A stretch of 38,640 bases of DNA from a virus. The stretch lies in the IMG/VR virus record IMGVR_UViG_3300029245_000387; one strand, 5' to 3'. The translations under genes were made by a program, and so were the position numbers. Below the pieces are notes generated by a model. It worked only from the letters and a program-made list of their open reading frames with translations. It made no database searches and had not been told where the DNA came from. This document shows positions 19,883 through 28,942 of this stretch, in pieces. The first letter of the stretch is position 1. Each line of letters starts with the position of its first letter.

Positions 19883-21283
19883 TTACATATTTATAAAAGA
19901 CTTATTAGTCATTGTCATATTTGTATTTTTAGGTTTTGGATTTTCATATACTCCTGTTAAACAGTCCTCAGCATCATCATGTTCATTCTTTCCAGTTCTT
20001 ACATAATGTTTTAAGTGTTTGGAAAATTCAGGCCATCTATCTTCCCAATTTATAGGAAAATATATATTATTCATTACTCCCGTCGAATTACTTAGTATTC
20101 TTGCAACTTTATTTTCTCCCTGATGAAACCATCTAACATTTGTATGTCTATTGCCTAAATTTCTTAAATTTGTTATTACATTTCTTGCGAATCCTCTACC
20201 ACCATTATTGCTTTCTATATTTGCGTTTCCTACATTATCTTTTGTCAGCATTTCTGCAACTGCTGGTTCTGTTATTTCCATTGCCTCTTGTGTATAAATA
20301 ACATTTAATATGTAATATTCTTCATTGTACATTTGATAATTTATTGAACATAAATAATCATTGCCTTCGTCAGCAGTATCTGTATAGTTCATAATATAAT
20401 GTGCTGGCGGTAATTTTTCATATGTTTTAAATGCTGTATATAATCTATTTTTAACATCTATTGGCTCTTGTTGATAGTTAGCATATACAATATCTTTGTT
20501 CATATTTTTAGTTTTTAATTTATAATCTTCTTTGTTTAATATTGCTTCACATAGCATTGAGCCATCTTCTTGAACTGCTTTATAATTTATATGTCTTACA
20601 TTATCATAGTTTTCTAATATATACCCTGCTAAATCATTACTAGACCATCTAGTCATAATAATTATTAACTTAAATCCTGTTTCTGTTCTTGATAACATTG
20701 TATTATTAAACCAGTCTATTTGCTTCTGTAGAACATTTTCATTGTATGCTTCTTCGACATTCTTTATTAAGTCATCTATTATCATTAAAGTACAACCAAA
20801 ACCAGTCGCAGTTCCCTTTGGTGATGTTGCTAAATAATTGGCTTGTCCACTTCCTTCTAATGCCCATTTATTTGCACTAGATTCGCCAAATTTAATTTTT
20901 GTATTAGGAAATATGTCATTATATACTATTATTCCTTCTGTTTTTTCTGATGCTATTGTGTCTCTTACTGATTTTGCAAATGTTGTTGATAGTATTTCAT
21001 TATATGAACCAGTCATTACTTTTTCTTTATTGTTATTTCCAAATACCCATTCAACCAATTTTCCTGCTGTTCTTGATTTTCCATGTCTAGGTGGCATGTT
21101 TATTACACAAATTCTATCATCACTTTCGTAGAAATCTTGTAATTCATGACACATATCTTTTAAGAATTGTCTATCTTCTTTATAAAAATCTGGTGCAGTT
21201 AATTTACAATATTCAAAAAAATCACGTCTGGCTAATTCCAAACGTGCTTGTTTTTTTAATTCTTCTTTTATATTATTATTCAT
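19883..21283 (-). CDS. terL: Terminase large subunit
   Basis: Walker A-like PPRHGKSRTAG, VMTGSYNEILSTTFAKSVRD, Walker B TLMIIDDLIKN, nuclease-domain residues. Confidence 0.95.
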   Translation of the reverse strand: MNNNIKEELKKQARLELARRDFFEYCKLTAPDFYKEDRQFLKDMCHELQDFYESDDRICVINMPPRHGKSRTAGKLVEWVFGNNNKEKVMTGSYNEILSTTFAKSVRDTIASEKTEGIIVYNDIFPNTKIKFGESSANKWALEGSGQANYLATSPKGTATGFGCTLMIIDDLIKNVEEAYNENVLQKQIDWFNNTMLSRTETGFKLIIIMTRWSSNDLAGYILENYDNVRHINYKAVQEDGSMLCEAILNKEDYKLKTKNMNKDIVYANYQQEPIDVKNRLYTAFKTYEKLPPAHYIMNYTDTADEGNDYLCSINYQMYNEEYYILNVIYTQEAMEITEPAVAEMLTKDNVGNANIESNNGGRGFARNVITNLRNLGNRHTNVRWFHQGENKVARILSNSTGVMNNIYFPINWEDRWPEFSKHLKHYVRTGKNEHDDAEDCLTGVYENPKPKNTNMTMTNKSFINM

Positions 21284-21617
21284 TTAATATCTTTCTCAAC
21301 TCTTCTGTTGTCATTCCTGAAAATGGATTATTAACTTCTCCAGATATGTTTAACTTATCTTGTGGCTTTTCTCCAATTGTATCTCTAATAGTTTCAAATG
21401 CTTTTACATTTCCGCTTAAAGCTTCTTGAATAAGTGAAAAACTTATTTTTTCTTGTATTGTTTTATCTTCTACTTTAGTTTCTAGCAATGTTATTAGTTC
21501 TTCTCTTAATGTTTTTCGCTGTGCTCTTACTATTCCAGATTTAATCCCACCTTGTCTACCCCTTTTTCTTGCTTCTTCCTTGGTTCGTACAGGTTTTAAG
21601 TTTTTTTCATTTGCCAT
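21276..21617 (-). CDS. terS: Terminase small subunit-like
   Basis: EEARKRGRQGGIKSGIVRAQRKTLREELITLLE...GNVKAFETIRDTIGEKP, overlapping terL start. Confidence 0.7.
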   Translation of the reverse strand: MANEKNLKPVRTKEEARKRGRQGGIKSGIVRAQRKTLREELITLLETKVEDKTIQEKISFSLIQEALSGNVKAFETIRDTIGEKPQDKLNISGEVNNPFSGMTTEELRKILNE

Positions 21618-21727
21618 CTAATCACCTTCTTTATGTTTTTATTCATATTCATGCTTTTTCTCTATAATAAAAGAGTCTACTGAAACTATCCCCCAAAAAA
21701 ATAGAGTTTAACTTTGGTAAACCTCTT

Positions 21728-22348
21728 TTATCTTATTTTTTCTATAAGTAATCTATTAGGTTTTATAGTATTTTCAATTTCAACTATACAATCTTTTATT
21801 TCGTCATTATTTATTTTTTTTCTTAGATTATCTGCTAATTTTATAGCAATATCTTTCTCTTGAATGACATTAAAATTTATTTCTTCATACTTTACTTTTG
21901 CTATTACTTTATAAGCCTTAGATTTTTCGTTCCATTCTTTCAGTGCTTTAGAATTTAAGCAAAAATTTTCTTTTCTAAACATTTCTGGATATTTTTCTAA
22001 ATTATTTTCATATTGTTTTTTACCATCTTCATATGAAAAAAAAGCAGATATTTTATTATTGTATCTTTTATAATATTTAATAACTTCTTCTATCTCATTT
22101 TTACTCTTACAACTCTCATTAATGCAAAATTTTATAAATTCATTGTCAGGTTCTTCAATCAATTCTTTTATTGTCTTTAAACCTCTTAATTTTATTTTTT
22201 CACAATTATCCATGTTCGTAGTTATATGTTCCAAAATAAAATGAAATTTTGAATAATCAACATTTTCTAGTTGTATTCCTGGCCAATTATTTTTTATTTT
22301 TATCAAAGTTTCTTTTGCTTTTTCTACTGTTGTTATATTATATTCCAT
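21728..22348 (-). CDS. Hypothetical protein
   Basis: 206-aa charged ORF, no recognised family. Confidence 0.5.
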   Translation of the reverse strand: MEYNITTVEKAKETLIKIKNNWPGIQLENVDYSKFHFILEHITTNMDNCEKIKLRGLKTIKELIEEPDNEFIKFCINESCKSKNEIEEVIKYYKRYNNKISAFFSYEDGKKQYENNLEKYPEMFRKENFCLNSKALKEWNEKSKAYKVIAKVKYEEINFNVIQEKDIAIKLADNLRKKINNDEIKDCIVEIENTIKPNRLLIEKIR

Positions 22349-22429
22349 ATTATTCCCCTTTTTAAGGATTTTATCATATTTTGTTTGAAAAGTCTGTCAA
22401 ATTTCATCAAAAATAATTATTTTTTTCAT

Positions 22430-22840
22430 TTATTCCTCTGCCTCAAAATATTGTTCTACTATTTCATGAATAATATCATAAGAATTTGATACTATGTCTG
22501 CAACATCTTCTTCTGTGTATTGTTTATCACAATGTGTTATATAATTGTCTATATAGCAATGTGCTAATTCATGAATTAATGTTGCTTTCTTTCTATCTTT
22601 TGGCAAATCTTCATCTATGTATATTTTTTGTTCATCACAATATGTAATTCCATAATATCTTGTATCTATTGATTTTAAATTTTCTTCTTCATTTGCTCTT
22701 CTTATATTTTGTTTATTTTTTATTGCTTGTTGTGATACTTCTATTATTTTCCATTCTCTGTTGTTTATTTTGAATTTCATTATTTTTCTTCCTTCCTGGT
22801 CTATATCTAAAACAATAATCATAATTCTTGCATTGCTCAC
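22430..22840 (-). CDS. Zinc-metallopeptidase-like (ImmA/IrrE or SprT-like) protein
   Basis: KATLIHELAHCYIDNYI (HExxH). Real start is likely the internal MKFKINNREWKIIEVSQ. Confidence 0.65.
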   Translation of the reverse strand: MSNARIMIIVLDIDQEGRKIMKFKINNREWKIIEVSQQAIKNKQNIRRANEEENLKSIDTRYYGITYCDEQKIYIDEDLPKDRKKATLIHELAHCYIDNYITHCDKQYTEEDVADIVSNSYDIIHEIVEQYFEAEE

Positions 22841-23101
22841 ATTTTCTTTTCATGCAATTTGCATAGTTAATCTTGTCGCTCATAATATACACACTTTGTA
22901 CATATAATGTCATTATTTTTGAATACTCTTATTTCACAGTCAAATTTTTCTTTGTTTTTGCATTTTGAGCAATGCTCTTTTTTGTATTTTTCTATTCTTT
23001 CTTGATTAGTCATATGTACTTCTCCTTTTTTATATTTCGACATATTTTGACAGTTTTTTTATTCTTTGTTTGCTATAATCATTTCGATTGGAGGTGATTA
23101 T

Positions 23102-23305
23102 ATGATAAATAAATGTCCTTATTGTGGTAGCAATAAATTTGGCAAAATTGAAACTGGAAAAGATAATGTAAAATACGTTCTAACTCAAATTGATTTATCC
23201 TCTAATAGTTTCTTAGCCACTTGTGGACTACCCGTTGATGCTTATGGTTGTGAAGATTGCAAAGGAATAATGCTTATGCATGATCAACTAACTTTCCATC
23301 AATAA
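23102..23305 (+). CDS. Small zinc-ribbon protein on the opposite strand
   Basis: GGAGGTGATTAT RBS then MINKCPYCGSNKFGKIETGKDNVKYV...YGCEDCKGIMLMHDQLTFHQ. Confidence 0.6.
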   Translation: MINKCPYCGSNKFGKIETGKDNVKYVLTQIDLSSNSFLATCGLPVDAYGCEDCKGIMLMHDQLTFHQ

Positions 23306-23549
23306 TATTATTAGCAATTATTGAGTCAGCAGTATTAGCTGACTCTTTTTCTTTGTAAGTAATTTCTATTTTTTCTATTTCTTCTGTTTCAAATAGTTCT
23401 AATATTCTTTGCTCTGCTTTTAATTTATTAAGCATTTCACATTGTCCCATTTTTTCAGTTCCACTTATTACTTTTATTGTTTTTCCCATATCTTTTCCTC
23501 TTTTCTTTTTATAAACTCTATGCAATGATATAAAATGTCCCCACCTCAA
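23274..23549 (-). CDS. Hypothetical protein (likely start at internal MGKTIKVISGTEKMGQCEML)
   Basis: Coding-like composition. Confidence 0.45.
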   Translation of the reverse strand: MRWGHFISLHRVYKKKRGKDMGKTIKVISGTEKMGQCEMLNKLKAEQRILELFETEEIEKIEITYKEKESANTADSIIANNIIDGKLVDHA

Positions 23550-23850
23550 TTACTTATCTAGAATTTCATTGAGGCTGTATGTAAAATGATACCTGCAACG
23601 AAAAACCATACATTTAAGCCTCTTTCGCTTTTTGTATTCTTAAAACATTAGCTTTATGTTTGTTGAATAAAGGATTAACAGTCCTCTCCAACTGTTTATA
23701 TCACTGCATACAACTTATAAATATTACTTAGAACTCGCTAGGAAAGTTCTGTAAAAGTTTATATAAAAAAATAACTTGAAAGGAGGTCTGCCATATCAAA
23801 TAAACATAACAAACTTTATATTATCAGTTACCTAGCATACTGGTAATAAC
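23550..23850 (-). ncRNA. Candidate structured non-coding RNA / leader region
   Basis: No ORF; several inverted repeats on the minus strand, e.g. GAGGCTTAAATGTATGG...CATACAGCCTC, AGAACT...AGTTCT, AACAG...CTGTT. Confidence 0.3.
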
Positions 23851-23855
23851 TAATT

Positions 23856-24124
23856 TTAATCTATTTTTATGCATTTATTTTCAAATTTCTTATATGCATC
23901 AAAGTATAATTCTTTTTTGTCACCGTTGTATGTACATTCATAATACATACCATCTGGTAATCTTGTACTTAATAGTGCTTTATGATTCTGTAATGTTTTA
24001 CAATACCAAACAACAAAAACATCATCTAAAGAAACTGATGTATTGTCAGTTTTATCTAAATGTGCTTGTGTATAACTTCTTACTTCTTCTTTGCACTCGT
24101 CTAAAAATTCTTTACTTCCCATTT
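23856..24124 (-). CDS. DUF6275-like phage protein
   Basis: MGSKEFLDECKEEVRSYTQAHLDKTDNTSVSLDDVFVVWYCKTLQNHKALLSTRLPDGMYYECTYNGDKKELYFDAYKKFENKCIK. Confidence 0.55.
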
Positions 24125-24257
24125 TCCTTCTTCCTTTCATAACATAATAAAAAGAGCAAATACAAAAAGGGGCTTGTACTTACTCTTTATTTTCTACTTA
24201 CATTTCTCTTGATTATATAAACCTATTAAATAATAGATTTTTTATACTATAAAAAGA

Positions 24258-24279
24258 GAGAGACATTCATCTCTCTCCT
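24258..24279. terminator. Bidirectional intrinsic terminator
   Basis: Perfect 8-bp stem GAGAGAGA / TCTCTCTC, 6-nt loop CATTCA, A-run on the left and T-run on the right. Confidence 0.7.
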
Positions 24280-24288
24280 TTTTTGTTG

Positions 24289-24498
24289 TTACTTACCGTC
24301 ACGTCCTGGTCTATAATCGCCCAAAGCCGCTCCCTGTGCACCAGTTCTGGTGTTAATGAAGTAATGATCACCCGTATCAACGTCTTTAACGTTGTACTGC
24401 GTAAATGATTCATCCTGCTTCTGGCCGTTCTCCCAGCTTACGGTAGTATCGCCGTACTTACCATCATATCTTCCTGTCTCCGAATGTCTGTCTGCCAT
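24289..24498 (-). CDS. Small hypothetical protein of atypical composition
   Basis: MADRHSETGRYDGKYGDTTVSWENGQKQDESFTQYNVKDVDTGDHYFINTRTGAQGAALGDYRPGRDGK; clearly more GC-rich than its surroundings. Confidence 0.55.
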   Translation of the reverse strand: MADRHSETGRYDGKYGDTTVSWENGQKQDESFTQYNVKDVDTGDHYFINTRTGAQGAALGDYRPGRDGK

Positions 24499-24787
24499 AA
24501 TAAGCACTCCTTTAAAATATTATTCAATCTTACGATTGTGCTAATATTATATCACCCTTTTTGTATTATGTCAACAGTATACAAATATAAAAAGAATAGA
24601 CATTTAAAACATCTATTCTTCTCAACTTAAATAAAAATTATAAGGGGCTTTATTTTTAATTTTTGTCGCATTGGGTTTGATATTTCTATCTGCAACTTTT
24701 TATAATTTTTCTATTATAATTATATAATATTAGAAACGAAATTTTAAATACAATTTATGCGAAATTTTAGCGAAATTTTAACGAATT

Positions 24788-25339
24788 TTATGTGTTTAAT
24801 ACCTCTAACATGTCCTTTAAAGCTACATCTCTTATATTTTGTAATTGTTTTATTGACAAATACTTTGGAAATTCATTTTCATACTCTTTTGCAATTCTTT
24901 TCCAATCTCCTTTTTCACTGTCTATATAAAATTTATTAATTACAAAACGTTGTTTTTCACTAAGTATAGTTAATAAATTTTTAACTCTTACTATTTTTTT
25001 ATTTAATATATTTTCTTCTGCTTCACATTCTATAATTTTTGAATTTATATACTGTCTATCAAATTTATTTATATGGTTTAATTCATTTTTATAATTAGCA
25101 ACTGTATTTGATACCTTATCAGATATTTTATTTGTATTACTATGTATACTGTCATATGCTTGTCCAGCTATTTGCATATTTTCTATTACTTCATCTTCAG
25201 TATCTTCATATACTGTTCCTGCGTAGCATAATTGCTCTTGATATTCTTCTTTCTTTAATTGCACTTCTGTTAATTTAGCTTCATTCTTTTTATGATTTCT
25301 TAGCATTATTTCAACATCCTCTTTTATGTATTTACTCAT
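24788..25339 (-). CDS. Phage late transcription regulator / sigma-like (DUF1492/ArpU/RinA-type)
   Basis: C-terminal LSEKQRFVINKFYIDSEKGDWKRIAKEYENEFPKYLSIKQLQNIRDVALKDMLEVLN. Confidence 0.6.
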   Translation of the reverse strand: MSKYIKEDVEIMLRNHKKNEAKLTEVQLKKEEYQEQLCYAGTVYEDTEDEVIENMQIAGQAYDSIHSNTNKISDKVSNTVANYKNELNHINKFDRQYINSKIIECEAEENILNKKIVRVKNLLTILSEKQRFVINKFYIDSEKGDWKRIAKEYENEFPKYLSIKQLQNIRDVALKDMLEVLNT

Positions 25340-25369
25340 TAGTATACCTCCTCATTAAATAATTGTACT

Positions 25370-25570
25370 CTACCTTCTATATTCTTCTTTTAGCCTTTTC
25401 TTAATTAGTTTTAATGCTATCTCATAAGCATCATTTTCGTCTTTTAGGTTATTTTCATCTTGCCTTAATACTTTTATTGTCTCTAGTAAATTATTGTTTA
25501 AATTTATCTTTTTCTCTATTAATTCTTTGGCATTTAATAGATTCTTTATTGTTTTAGTCATTTGTATCAC
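25370..25570 (-). CDS. Small hypothetical protein
   Basis: 66-aa charged ORF with upstream AGTAGGTG-like RBS. Confidence 0.4.
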   Translation of the reverse strand: MIQMTKTIKNLLNAKELIEKKINLNNNLLETIKVLRQDENNLKDENDAYEIALKLIKKRLKEEYRR

Positions 25571-25576
25571 CTACTT

Positions 25577-26449
25577 TTAGTTATTATCTACATATTCTTT
25601 TATGTTAGGAATAGCCTGTTTTTTGATTATTCTTGCTATATCTTTTAATATTTGTTCTTTTTCCTCTTCTAAAATATCATTAGCAACTATATCTAATTTT
25701 TTAAATATTTCCCTATAATCTTCTGCCTTTGGATTTTCTATTCCTATTTGTGTTAAAAATTTGCATATTCTCATAGGTGTAATATACTTATCTAAAAAAG
25801 CATATGGGCTTTTGGTTTCTGAATTTTTTATATGTTTCACTTCTTGAAATTTATCTCCAACTATTTTTATTCTTTTTTCTCCATCTAATGTTTTTATTAC
25901 TATTCCTTCTCTTATACAGTCTGTCCCTTCCAGTGCAGATTTTTGATTATCTACATATTTTTCTTTTAACTCTACATAACTTGTTAGATTTTCTACTGCT
26001 ATTTCTGGTACTGTTTTAAATCCTATTTTATTTGATATATCTTTCATTTCTTCTATACTTGCAAATATTCTTGTAAAATCTTCATCTTCTGTTGGTTTAT
26101 CCACTATCTCTTTTACCAAATCAAATGCATAGTATGGTTCTATTTTTCCTTGTTTAGCTAGTGAATTATAGTTTATTTTTCCTTGATTTAACCATTCGCC
26201 ATATAATACATATCCAATTGGTAAATATTCTAGTATTTTGTTTTCTCTTTTTCTAGCATATTTAACAAATCCATTTAATCCATCTTCTCCTGTTAATTCA
26301 TTAGATCTGCTATATAATCTTATCTTTCCATTATCATTATAAATTGCAGTATTACTTCCATCTATTTTTTCTTGAATTACCACTTTTGTTCCTTTTTCTA
26401 TTTGATATTTTGTATTATCTGGTCTCTTTATCTTACAATACATTTTCAT
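25577..26449 (-). CDS. RNA ligase family protein (Rnl2-like nucleotidyltransferase)
   Basis: Motif I EKIDGSNTAIY, RLYSRSNEL, LYGEWL, EGIVIK and KIVGDKFQEVKH. Confidence 0.8.
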   Translation of the reverse strand: MKMYCKIKRPDNTKYQIEKGTKVVIQEKIDGSNTAIYNDNGKIRLYSRSNELTGEDGLNGFVKYARKRENKILEYLPIGYVLYGEWLNQGKINYNSLAKQGKIEPYYAFDLVKEIVDKPTEDEDFTRIFASIEEMKDISNKIGFKTVPEIAVENLTSYVELKEKYVDNQKSALEGTDCIREGIVIKTLDGEKRIKIVGDKFQEVKHIKNSETKSPYAFLDKYITPMRICKFLTQIGIENPKAEDYREIFKKLDIVANDILEEEKEQILKDIARIIKKQAIPNIKEYVDNN

Positions 26450-26497
26450 ATTTCTTTACCTTCTTTCTTTTGCTTTATTTTCAAAATATTCTTTAAC

Positions 26498-26590
26498 CTA
26501 CTTTTTATCATGAATTGGTGTTGTTAATTGTTCTGCCATTAAATCTATCTGTTTGTCTTTTTCTTTTAGCATTGCTTGTTCTTTTGTCAT
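26498..26590 (-). CDS. Very small ORF (30 aa)
   Basis: MTKEQAMLKEKDKQIDLMAEQLTTPIHDKK; tight spacing in operon. Confidence 0.3.
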   Translation of the reverse strand: MTKEQAMLKEKDKQIDLMAEQLTTPIHDKK

Positions 26591-26593
26591 ATG

Positions 26594-26770
26594 TTAGTCC
26601 TCCTTCAATTTTCTGCCACATTCAGGACAATAATTTATTTTTATGTCGATGCTAGTATCCCATCCATTTTTATCTACTCCTCTTACTATTAATCTATTAG
26701 GATAATGTATACCTATTCCTAGTGGTTCTTTTACTTTAATACTTATGTTTTTTTCACAATATTTACACAT
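26594..26770 (-). CDS. Zinc-ribbon phage protein (58 aa)
   Basis: MCKYCEKNISIKVKEPLGIGIHYPNRLIVRGVDKNGWDTSIDIKINYCPECGRKLKED, two CxxC motifs. Confidence 0.6.
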   Translation of the reverse strand: MCKYCEKNISIKVKEPLGIGIHYPNRLIVRGVDKNGWDTSIDIKINYCPECGRKLKED

Positions 26771-26771
26771 T

Positions 26772-27131
26772 TTATTTGTCCTCCTTCAACTTTTTTACTT
26801 CTTTGTTTATTTGTTTTACTGCTTGTACTAATTCATTTATTTTATTCATTATGCAAACAGTTCCATCTATATTGTTAGTAACTGACTTTAATTCTCCTAT
26901 ACTATCTATATCTATTTCATCTTGTTTTTGTACTATTTCAAAATCTTTATTTACTATGCTTAATATATTGAATCCACCAAATCTTCCTAAAAAGCTGCCA
27001 TGTTCATATCTATATATATTACTGTCTGTATAATACTGCATAGGCTTTTCATTTAAACATTTAAATTTTGTTCCGTCTTTTATCTTTCCATCTGCTATTG
27101 CTTTTAGCAGTTCATATCCTTTATATTTCAT
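26772..27131 (-). CDS. Conserved phage early protein, unknown function
   Basis: 119-aa ORF with coding composition (YKGYELLKAIADGKIKDGTKFK). Confidence 0.5.
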   Translation of the reverse strand: MKYKGYELLKAIADGKIKDGTKFKCLNEKPMQYYTDSNIYRYEHGSFLGRFGGFNILSIVNKDFEIVQKQDEIDIDSIGELKSVTNNIDGTVCIMNKINELVQAVKQINKEVKKLKEDK

Positions 27132-27132
27132 T

Positions 27133-27771
27133 TTATTTTCTCCCTTCTAGTAGTTCTTGTAAAACTTGTACTACTATTTTGTTATATGCATCTGTTTCAT
27201 AATAATATTTGTCATTCTCTTTTATTTTTAATGGAGTGTTCTTTAATTCTTCTATCTTGTCTTTTACTTTTACTTTAAATAAGTTTTCTTCTTCCATATT
27301 TTTTCTTAATAATTCAAATTGTTTGTCTTTTTCTTCTTGATATGCTCTTTGCCATTCTTCATTCTCTTTTTGTAACCTTTTGATATGTTCTTCATATTTT
27401 TCCATTTGTTTTCGGACTATATAATATTGTTGATTTTCTACAACTTGTGCCGCAGCTGTCATTTTATGTTTTTTCCCGTCTTCATATCCACTCATATAAT
27501 TTAATATTTCATTTTGAGCTAATGCTATCATTTCATTATTGTTTTTTCTATCTTCTTTTAATTCTTCATTTTCTTTTTGTAGCTTTTCTATTAGATTTAA
27601 TAATATTTCAAATATTCCGTAATCTTCTGGTAGTAGACTTATCATTATCTTTTTAATTTTCGATTTATATGGTACTTTTTCTATTTTGCATTTCTTTTCT
27701 AGATTATTTAATGCTTTTAATAAACCAACAGCTTTCTTTTCTTTCCTATTCATTTGTTTCTCACCTCTCAT
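27133..27771 (-). CDS. Coiled-coil hypothetical protein
   Basis: Charged coiled-coil ORF. Confidence 0.45.
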   Translation of the reverse strand: MRGEKQMNRKEKKAVGLLKALNNLEKKCKIEKVPYKSKIKKIMISLLPEDYGIFEILLNLIEKLQKENEELKEDRKNNNEMIALAQNEILNYMSGYEDGKKHKMTAAAQVVENQQYYIVRKQMEKYEEHIKRLQKENEEWQRAYQEEKDKQFELLRKNMEEENLFKVKVKDKIEELKNTPLKIKENDKYYYETDAYNKIVVQVLQELLEGRK

Positions 27772-28181
27772 CTATCGTTTTTTATACATTTTTCTAAATC
27801 TTCTTCTGTAATGTCATAATAAGTTTTTAATGCATATATTAAATCTTTATAATGTTCATTTTCATTAATTAATTTAACTTCTTTTTCTTCCAGTCTACTA
27901 CATTCTTTATCTATTTCTTTGTTGCTTATTGTTAGTTCTTCATTCTCTTTTTCTAATTCTAATATTCTATTATGAGCACTTGTGCTTACTTTTACTTCTA
28001 ATAATTCTTCATTCTCTTTTAATACTCTTTTATAATCTTTCTCTTGTTGTTCATAATAATTTATTAGTTTTCTTTTTCCATATTGAGTTAATTCGTCTCT
28101 ATAAAGTAATCTTTTTAATTCTTCTATATTTTCTTCTATGTCTCCGACATTTGTGTCGGTAACCTTACTATTTTCTTTCAC
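27768..28181 (-). CDS. Coiled-coil hypothetical protein
   Basis: 137-aa charged ORF. Confidence 0.45.
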   Translation of the reverse strand: MKENSKVTDTNVGDIEENIEELKRLLYRDELTQYGKRKLINYYEQQEKDYKRVLKENEELLEVKVSTSAHNRILELEKENEELTISNKEIDKECSRLEEKEVKLINENEHYKDLIYALKTYYDITEEDLEKCIKNDR

Positions 28182-28404
28182 TTAAAACACCTCCTAAAGC
28201 TTGTCTTTTTTGATATTCTGTTATTCCTAATCTTATAATTTCATCGACTATTTCTTCGTCTAAAAAATCAAATCTTAAATTTTCTTTTGGATATCTTTTT
28301 ATGAAATAATTTCTTATAGTTTGCTTTGTATGTTCATCATCTTTCTTTACTACTTCTTTTATTGCTCTTTCTTGAAAAGTAAATATATCATCATCTGTTT
28401 TCAC
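28168..28404 (-). CDS. Hypothetical protein
   Basis: 78-aa ORF in early operon. Confidence 0.4.
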   Translation of the reverse strand: MKTDDDIFTFQERAIKEVVKKDDEHTKQTIRNYFIKRYPKENLRFDFLDEEIVDEIIRLGITEYQKRQALGGVLSERK

Positions 28405-28420
28405 TATGTATCACTCCTCT

Positions 28421-28717
28421 CTAATATCTTGATAAAAATTCTTTTAATTTTTTTCTTAATATTTCCCAATCATTTATGTTTTCTAGTAATTTATTTAATT
28501 CATCTCTAGTTAATTTTATACAATCCCAATTAGTTTCATCAAAGTCATAACAACTACAATGATAACCTTCGGCTAAAACAAATTCATCATAATTTGTATC
28601 AGGCATCTTCTCTAGCAATAATAACCTTTCCATTTCATAATCTCTTTCTGTTGTTGTTGCAAATAATACATTATGCATTTTTATATCTGTTTTATTTTTT
28701 AAATTATATTTTTCCAT
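28421..28717 (-). CDS. Hypothetical protein
   Basis: 98-aa ORF in early operon. Confidence 0.4.
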   Translation of the reverse strand: MEKYNLKNKTDIKMHNVLFATTTERDYEMERLLLLEKMPDTNYDEFVLAEGYHCSCYDFDETNWDCIKLTRDELNKLLENINDWEILRKKLKEFLSRY

Positions 28718-28724
28718 ATCTTAT

Positions 28725-28940
28725 TTACTCCTTCACCACCAAATTTGCTTTGATTAAATCATAAGTTATATTATATGTTAAATTACATATATCTAATATT
28801 TCATATCTTTTGTTTCTAATGTCTATACATGCAAAGTCATGTTCTTCTTTTCTTAAAACTAATAAATGTGTATATTCATATTTTTTAAATCCATATTTTT
28901 CAAGTTCTTTTAAATTTACATCATCTCTTATTTTTAGCAT
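28725..28940 (-). CDS. Hypothetical protein
   Basis: 71-aa ORF in early operon. Confidence 0.4.
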   Translation of the reverse strand: MLKIRDDVNLKELEKYGFKKYEYTHLLVLRKEEHDFACIDIRNKRYEILDICNLTYNITYDLIKANLVVKE

Positions 28941-28942
28941 AT

